Source: Verrucomicrobiales bacterium
GTDB lineage: Bacteria; Verrucomicrobiota; Verrucomicrobiia; Verrucomicrobiales; V1-33
Direction of reading: 5' to 3'
Assembly: GCA_018003315.1 (NCBI GenBank)
Contig: JAGNEJ010000011.1
Coordinates: forward strand, 4,807-68,806
DNA: 64,000 nucleotides
Notes under the pieces: generated by a model
Database searches by the model: none
Told to the model about the DNA's origin: nothing
The model's input: the letters and a program-made list of their open reading frames with translations, nothing else
Translations under genes and position numbers: made by a program
Part shown: one piece after another, positions 58,356 through 64,000 of the stretch
Position numbering within the stretch: the first letter of the stretch is position 1
How the letters are laid out: each line of letters begins with the position of its first letter

Positions 58356-58739
58356 TCAGACGGCGGAGCGTGGGGGCGGCAGCGGAGGCCCATCCGGAGG
58401 AGTTCCTTCCATGACACAGGCCGTCTCCGGAACCGGCGGTGTGGGAAAGCGGGGAATGAGCAATGGATCTGCCGAGTCCAGCACCAGGAATAATTTGGCC
58501 GGGGTCTTCACCTCGGACGGTTCGTCCTGGTTCCGCTGGCTTTCCTTCTCCACCAATTGGCACAGGCTGCACGGGTGCCGACCGTCAAAGGTTTTTATGA
58601 CGGCCTCCATCACGGTGGATTCCCGGGCATTGCGCACCAGCATTCCAGACCACGCCGCGATTTGCAGCACCACCAGATGCCCGCCTACGGCAAGCATGAG
58701 GGTGACAAGAATGACGGTCCTGGCGAGCCGGTGAAGCAC
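58356..58739 (-). CDS. small membrane protein with HPCSLC motif
   Basis: The likely start is GVG-region GTG 58739, inside track ORF 58356..58859. TM helices are TVILVTLMLAVGGHLVVLQIAAWSGMLV, followed by TFDGRHPCSLCQLV. No family assigned. Confidence 0.45.
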   Translation of the reverse strand: MLHRLARTVILVTLMLAVGGHLVVLQIAAWSGMLVRNARESTVMEAVIKTFDGRHPCSLCQLVEKESQRNQDEPSEVKTPAKLFLVLDSADPLLIPRFPTPPVPETACVMEGTPPDGPPLPPPRSAV

Positions 58740-58782
58740 CGCGCACCCATGGCCGGATGAGCGCGGGCTGCAACTCAAAATC

Positions 58783-60111
58783 TCATCTGAATTCCGAGCG
58801 CCGCAGTTCCGCCTGGCGCTTGAAGAAGCGGCGGCGGCGCTCCTCGATGAAATCCGCATCGTAAATGCGGCGGCCCAGCTCGCGGAAGCCGTGCTCCAGT
58901 TCCTCCACGCTCATTTTGTCAGGGAGAAAATTTACGTCAAACAAGGTGCATTTTTCCCAGGCTCCCTCTTCCAGCAGTCTTCCCTGCTTCTGGAGCCGAT
59001 GGTAAAGCGGAGTCGCCGGAAATGGAGTCATGACGGTGATCTGGACTTCGTAGAGGCCGGTATCGCGGACGAAGGTGAAGACATCCTCGAAGGAGGTCGT
59101 GCCGGAGCCGTCGAGGCCTAGCACGAAACAGCCATTCACGGTAATGCCAGCATCCTGGATCGCGGCGACGGCGGCGCGGTAGCGGTCCAACTGGCGGCGC
59201 TTCCAGTTGGACTTGTGCTCCAGACCCTCCAGCCCCTGCGCGGTGGGACTTTCCAATCCGATCAAAATCTGGGCACAGCCGCTTTCCTTCAACAGGCGGA
59301 GCAGTTCGGGATCGTCCGCCACCGACACGTCGCTCTCCGCAAACCAGCGCAGGCCTTCGGGGATGAGCGCCCGGGCCAGTTCCCGGCCATGGCGCTTGTC
59401 GGCAAACGAATTGTCGTCGGCGAATTCAATGAACGGATGCGGCCACAAATCCTTGATGCGGTGGATTTCCGCCAAAACTTTGGCCACGGGCTTGGTGCGA
59501 AATTTTGGATTCAACCGGATGGAAGCGGCGCAGAAATCGCAGTGGAACGGGCATCCCCGCTGGGTTTGCACCGTCAGGCGGTTGTAGTTTGAGATCTCCA
59601 GCAGTTCAAACCTCGGCATGGGAGCATCGCGCAGGTCGAAGGCCGCTCCCCGCGCATCGTAGCGCGGAGCAAGCCGCCTGCCGAGCAGGTCACCGATGAC
59701 CTGGCCCCACACCGGCTCCGCCTCGCCGATGACAATGGCATCAGCATGTGCTGCCGCCTCATCCGGGCACAGGGTCACATGCAGTCCGCCCAGCAGCACC
59801 GTCACTCCGGCGGCGCGATAACGGTCCGCAAGCCGGTATGCTTCCTTGATCTGTGCGGTGAAGCTGGAAATGGCTACGGCATCGAAATCGCCGGGAGGCA
59901 GCCCGCCGCGCAGCGCCGCCACGTCCGGGACCTCCAGATAGGAAACCTCCACCCCGACGGGTGTCATGCCAGCCAGCGTCAGCAGGCCGAGACTGGGCAG
60001 GGAGGCAATAACTTTGCTGCGTTCCACAAATCCCGGCAGCGTCAGTCCCAGATCCAGCAGTTCCTGGTTGTGACAGCGAACGCCGCTCAGGGCGATCAAA
60101 CCGAGCTTCAT
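58783..60111 (-). CDS. B12-binding-domain radical SAM enzyme (class B)
   Basis: An N-terminal Rossmann-like cobalamin-binding-type region (AISSFTAQIKEAYRLADRYRAAGVTVLLGGLHVT) is followed by the RGCPFHCDFC (CxxxCxxC) cluster motif. Confidence 0.8.
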   Translation of the reverse strand: MKLGLIALSGVRCHNQELLDLGLTLPGFVERSKVIASLPSLGLLTLAGMTPVGVEVSYLEVPDVAALRGGLPPGDFDAVAISSFTAQIKEAYRLADRYRAAGVTVLLGGLHVTLCPDEAAAHADAIVIGEAEPVWGQVIGDLLGRRLAPRYDARGAAFDLRDAPMPRFELLEISNYNRLTVQTQRGCPFHCDFCAASIRLNPKFRTKPVAKVLAEIHRIKDLWPHPFIEFADDNSFADKRHGRELARALIPEGLRWFAESDVSVADDPELLRLLKESGCAQILIGLESPTAQGLEGLEHKSNWKRRQLDRYRAAVAAIQDAGITVNGCFVLGLDGSGTTSFEDVFTFVRDTGLYEVQITVMTPFPATPLYHRLQKQGRLLEEGAWEKCTLFDVNFLPDKMSVEELEHGFRELGRRIYDADFIEERRRRFFKRQAELRRSEFR

Positions 60112-60199
60112 GTTCGGCGTTCCTCCGGGGTGGACTGACTGGAACGCTGGGGCCGGGCGGTTTCAGAGGCCGCGATTGCAGGCAAGGGCGCGCTTCAAA

Positions 60200-60781
60200 T
60201 CACCGTTCGGGAGCGGGTGGGAGCGCTTTGACATGGGCGGCGAAATCCACGCCGTTGATTTTGCCTTCCACCGGTTCGGGATTCATCTTCACTCCCTTGA
60301 TGTCATAAACGCGCCCCTCGGGGGACACTGCTTTGACGCCGAAGAATTTGCCCTCTTCAGTAACGGCCTTGATGTGGATGATGTTTCCAGTCTGCCGCAC
60401 CCCTTTGACATCCAGCTTCCGTCCATCGGGCGTGAGTGCCTTGATGTCGTAAATGACGCCGCCCTCACCGATCGCTTTCACGGGAGCCAGCTTGTCGTCG
60501 CTCACCAGAATTTTCACCGGCAGGCGCTTGCCGTCGCGAAGTGCCTTGATGTCGAGAAGGTGGACGTTTTCCCCATCCTGAATGGCCTTGATGGGAAAGA
60601 TGTTTCCCGATTTGTCGATCCCCTTGATGTCCAGCAGGCGGCCTTCGGGATGCACGGCCTTGACGTGCCAGATTTTTTCTGCCGGCTGTTTTTCAGCTTC
60701 AGACTGCGCAGGGCAGCACAGGCTCCCCCAGAGAAGGGAGGCGAACACAACAGGCACGGCTAACATGGAATTTGATTTCAT
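60200..60781 (-). CDS. secreted protein made of ~12 tandem 12-13-aa (I/V)KA(V/I/L)xxxGxxxxD repeats
   Basis: An ATG at 60781 gives the signal peptide MKSNSMLAVPVVFASLLWGSLCCPA. Repeats HVKAVHPEGRLLD / IKGIDKSGNIFP / IKAIQDGENVHLLD / IKALRDGKRLP / ... / VKAVSPEGRVYD are encoded at ~60203-60667. Confidence 0.6.
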   Translation of the reverse strand: MKSNSMLAVPVVFASLLWGSLCCPAQSEAEKQPAEKIWHVKAVHPEGRLLDIKGIDKSGNIFPIKAIQDGENVHLLDIKALRDGKRLPVKILVSDDKLAPVKAIGEGGVIYDIKALTPDGRKLDVKGVRQTGNIIHIKAVTEEGKFFGVKAVSPEGRVYDIKGVKMNPEPVEGKINGVDFAAHVKALPPAPER

Positions 60782-60856
60782 GGCGATTGGTTGGAACAGG
60801 CGGTTGAAGATGCCGGGAGCATACCTGCTCGCAGCGGAATTGAATACCATTGATTC

Positions 60857-63800
60857 TCACGAATTGGCCGCCGCTCTTTCCAGTCTCCGCTGTCGCCGAA
60901 CGCTGCGAATGCGGTCGATCAACAGAATCAGCGCCAGGGAAGCGCCCAGCCCGACGGCGGCTCCGATGCGTTCCCTTCGCTCGCCGGTCCGCGTTGCACT
61001 GATTTCCAGCGCTGCATGGTCCTTGACCTTTTTGAAATGGAGCAGCCCAGCACCGGCGGCCACTTCCACCGCGAGGGAAACACGCCCTGCCGGGCGGAGC
61101 CTTGGTTCGGAGGAGGGGATGGCATCCGGGGCATTCGAAGGCGGTTTCGCATCAGCTGCGGGAGGCTTGCGCGTTGGTGGAAGCGCGGGAATCCCCTGCT
61201 GCTGCGGCTCGGCCTTTCCTTCCTGTGCACTGCCAAAGCGACTGCGGCGCGACCAGGCGTTTTGATAGTTCTGCGAAAAATCCAATTGACTGACTTCCTG
61301 CTGCGCTGCCTGCTGGGTTGGGGCGTTGTCCATCGATGCCTGTTGCTGCGCTGCGGACTCTGTCCCGCCGGACTGCTGGGTCTGCCGCTGCATCTCGACA
61401 TTTTTCAGTTGATCCACCACCACCTTTTTATCCAGTGCGTCGGCCTGCTGGAACCGATTCACTGCCTCGTTCCGATCATTGAACTTTTGTTTCCGGCCGG
61501 TTTCTGAAAGAGCATCCGGCTTGGCCGCACGGGGATCAGACGGGGGCGTGGCGGCATTGTATTTTCCCCAGAGAACGCCGTTGCCAACCAGTACATTGTC
61601 GTTCAGCCCCAGGTTGCCAGCGAGCAATTGCTCCTCCTTTTTCGCATCCGCTGCGTTTTGACTCTGGCGCTGCTTCACGTAGTCGGAATTCGCCTCCCAA
61701 GTCCAGGTTTCAGACTTGGCGGATGTGCTTTCTGCCGGGGCAGCCGGATCCGGCTTTGCCTCCGTTTCGGCTTGCTGGATTTGCCTGACAATGTCCTCAA
61801 GCTCCTGCAGCACCTCACGCCCTGCGGCCTGGGCGGGAGTCACGCTGGAAACCACATTCTGCGCATTGCGGCGGGCTTTGGTCCGCACCTTGATGCTGTT
61901 GTCCTTGGAGCTTGCGAGCGAGAGAAGGCTGCGGGCCTCATCCAGCATGGCCGTGACAATTTCCTGCTCCGCCGCGGCGGCCTCCACCTTTTCCATGTTG
62001 CCGCCGCTGTCCTTGAGTTCGAACCCCGGAGGCAGCGAGACTTTCCAGACGGTGCGTTCCACGGTGACTCCTGGAAGCTCCGGGTCATCCAGGACCAGCT
62101 TCCAAGCGTCGCCAAGTCCTCCGGCAGGGGCGGCCTTCCGGCACACCAGATCCACGTCCAGTGCCAGGTCTCCGGCCTTGGTTTGAATGAGCGGCACCAG
62201 AAAAACCTGCACGCCATCGCGCCAGCCCAGGTCCGCCCGCAGTTGCTGGCCGCTGACGCTTGCGGAAATGAGTTCGAACCCATCGGGCAGCCGCACGGGG
62301 AGAAACTGCAGCGCACGATTTTGCAGCCGATAGGCGGCCCGCAGCCAGGTTTCACCGGTTGCCCGCACTGCCGTGAGCAGTTCTGCATGAAGCGCCAAAG
62401 CCTTGGCACCGCCGGTGCTGGCGAGCTTCTCCAGTTTGAATTTCAGATTCCAACCATCGGTTAGTCGAAAGTATTGCGGCCGGGTCAGGTTCCGCAGCAC
62501 AAAGTGCACCGCCTTGGCCACATCGCGCGCCGCCAGCGGCTCCGCATGGCTGGTGCCTGCCGCATCCGTCCGCAGTTCGCCTTCGCTCGAATTCTGGACG
62601 ATCGCGAAGCGCTCCTGCAGTCCGCTGTCCGGAAAATGGAGCGTTGGCAGGGCAATGTCCCCAGAGTGCGGGATCTCGAACTGAATGACAAAGCCCGTCT
62701 GGCGAAGAATCGGGCGCTGGAAATGCACGCGGAAAGTCACCGTGTGCCTCGCCTCATCCCGGGTGCGTTCGGTTTCCCGGATGTCATCGCCCGTCACTTT
62801 GGCCTCACCCAGGCCTTCCGGAAGTTCAAAGAGCACGCTGGTCGGCGCTCCGTTTTTCACCTCAAGGTCACACCGGACTTCCACGCGGGTCCAGGTTTCC
62901 TGGACATCCGCGCCGAGCACCCAGCGCACGTCGTATTTGGGCGGGACTGGCTCCAAAGCCACCTTGGCCTGATAGGCCGGGACATCGAAGGTCAAGGCGC
63001 GTTTCGCTTCAAACGGTTCGGTGACCGTGTATTTTCCAATGGCAGGGTATTCCTCCAACTGTTCGCCGAGGCCGACTTCCCGTGCGGCAATGCGCTGCTG
63101 GTCCAGTTGCAGTCGCACATTGGCATCGGGCAGAGCGGCGATCACGGCCCGCCCTTTCACTTTCTGAATCCCTTCAAACTGAATCGGGACCAGCGAAAAC
63201 TCTGACGGAGGCTGGGCCCACGGCTGGGCCAGCCCAACTAACAAGGTGGTAACGGGTGGGGTGTCTCCGGCGAAACGAATGTGCAGTTGGGTCCCTTCCA
63301 CCCACCAGTCCTGCAGGCGGTCGGAATCCACACGCGTCACGCTGAAGCCCGGAGGCACCGCGGCCGCAGCCTTCAGCAAATCCTGGCCCGGGGCCGCCTT
63401 GAGCCCCAGGACTGCGTGCAACTCAAGCCTGCTGCGCCCGACTTGATAAAGATAGTCAGCCATCATTTCCACGGTCGAATTTCGCCGGGCCAGCTCAAAT
63501 GGCAGCGGGGCGGGATCTCCGGAAGCGGCGTAGCAGGCCACGCGCTGGAAGCCGGCGTCCCCGCCTGCCAGGTTAGGGAATTCCGTCTGCCGATGTGAGG
63601 CCGCAGGGAGCGCCCGGACTTCGAGATCAGCGACGGCCAGCAGCAAATAGGATCGCTCGACCCTCGCCGCCATGGGACCCACCTCGGGGAATTCCTCCCG
63701 TCCAGGCACCGCTCCACCGGGGCGTTCCGCCGTCAGGGAAAGCAGCAGCCTGTCCCTGACTGGAAGCGCCAGGCGGAATTCCAGCAGCTTTTTCTTTCCA

Positions 63801-64000
63801 TCCAGTTTCAGGTTCCAGGATTCCAGATTGGGAATTTCAAAAGTCAGCGGCGTCAGTGCGGCATCGAAATCCAGGGCAAACTCCCTGCGGTCTCCGCCGG
63901 GAAACTGGTATTCGATGGTGGTTTCCAACCGCTCCAGTGCGGGGCTCAAGAAGAGGCTGGAGCGCACCTGGGCGGTTGGCGGGAGTTTCTCCGCCTGATT
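60857..64000 (-). CDS. very large hypothetical protein, Gln-rich region and C-terminal TM anchor (5' end outside window)
   Basis: The frame stays open to the window edge, with no stop in 63968-64000. The C-terminus reads IGAAVGLGASLALILLIDRIRSVRRQRR. No family recognised. Confidence 0.6.
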   Translation of the reverse strand, partial: NQAEKLPPTAQVRSSLFLSPALERLETTIEYQFPGGDRREFALDFDAALTPLTFEIPNLESWNLKLDGKKKLLEFRLALPVRDRLLLSLTAERPGGAVPGREEFPEVGPMAARVERSYLLLAVADLEVRALPAASHRQTEFPNLAGGDAGFQRVACYAASGDPAPLPFELARRNSTVEMMADYLYQVGRSRLELHAVLGLKAAPGQDLLKAAAAVPPGFSVTRVDSDRLQDWWVEGTQLHIRFAGDTPPVTTLLVGLAQPWAQPPSEFSLVPIQFEGIQKVKGRAVIAALPDANVRLQLDQQRIAAREVGLGEQLEEYPAIGKYTVTEPFEAKRALTFDVPAYQAKVALEPVPPKYDVRWVLGADVQETWTRVEVRCDLEVKNGAPTSVLFELPEGLGEAKVTGDDIRETERTRDEARHTVTFRVHFQRPILRQTGFVIQFEIPHSGDIALPTLHFPDSGLQERFAIVQNSSEGELRTDAAGTSHAEPLAARDVAKAVHFVLRNLTRPQYFRLTDGWNLKFKLEKLASTGGAKALALHAELLTAVRATGETWLRAAYRLQNRALQFLPVRLPDGFELISASVSGQQLRADLGWRDGVQVFLVPLIQTKAGDLALDVDLVCRKAAPAGGLGDAWKLVLDDPELPGVTVERTVWKVSLPPGFELKDSGGNMEKVEAAAAEQEIVTAMLDEARSLLSLASSKDNSIKVRTKARRNAQNVVSSVTPAQAAGREVLQELEDIVRQIQQAETEAKPDPAAPAESTSAKSETWTWEANSDYVKQRQSQNAADAKKEEQLLAGNLGLNDNVLVGNGVLWGKYNAATPPSDPRAAKPDALSETGRKQKFNDRNEAVNRFQQADALDKKVVVDQLKNVEMQRQTQQSGGTESAAQQQASMDNAPTQQAAQQEVSQLDFSQNYQNAWSRRSRFGSAQEGKAEPQQQGIPALPPTRKPPAADAKPPSNAPDAIPSSEPRLRPAGRVSLAVEVAAGAGLLHFKKVKDHAALEISATRTGERRERIGAAVGLGASLALILLIDRIRSVRRQRRLERAAANS

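Overview
High-GC (roughly 60-65% by eye) chromosomal segment. Its gene content points to a Verrucomicrobiota/PVC-group bacterium, which is an inference: a PVC-type heme-binding HEAT/cytochrome c protein, a ThuA-like protein, a Tat-signal Gfo/Idh/MocA oxidoreductase, a BNR_4-like protein and many signal-peptide hypotheticals. I call about 45 protein-coding genes and saw no rRNA, tRNA or CRISPR array, scanning by eye only. Recognisable housekeeping genes are hisD, pabA/pabB, a class I nrdA with ATP-cones, two tandem kup K+ transporters, recG, 2-oxoacid dehydrogenase E1 alpha/beta, lepB and a NahK-like sugar kinase. There is also one 738-codon ORF that fuses LMW-phosphatase, RpiB and GlyA modules. 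The most unusual region is a ~6.5-kb island (42.6-49.1 kb) between recG and a CPBP protease. In it, two ~90%-identical 347-aa HUH/Y1 (IS200/RAYT-like) transposase genes in inverted orientation bracket a two-gene cassette. The cassette's 882-aa gene carries Ca-binding repeats and a C-terminal HExxH motif. A (CGTTCTC)x4 heptanucleotide repeat separates this gene from its only ATG and signal peptide, leaving it out of frame, so it is a candidate slipped-strand phase switch. The 3' third of that gene plus the downstream gene drop to ~40% GC, a layout like a polymorphic toxin tip plus partner. Other leads: a structured, ydaO/c-di-AMP-riboswitch-like leader upstream of the tandem kup genes; a TerB-FHA-like-ABCG transporter; tandem paralogous TM/coiled-coil/beta-domain proteins; a B12-radical-SAM gene next to a secreted protein built from ~12 short (I/V)KA...G...D repeats; a His-rich beta-barrel next to a small CxxC membrane protein; a frame switch in front of a kinase-like domain; and unexplained repeats in the pabB/nrdA convergent spacer. 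All family assignments come from motif recognition by eye, not from database searches. Many long ORFs in the six-frame track are GC-rich antisense shadows and were discarded.
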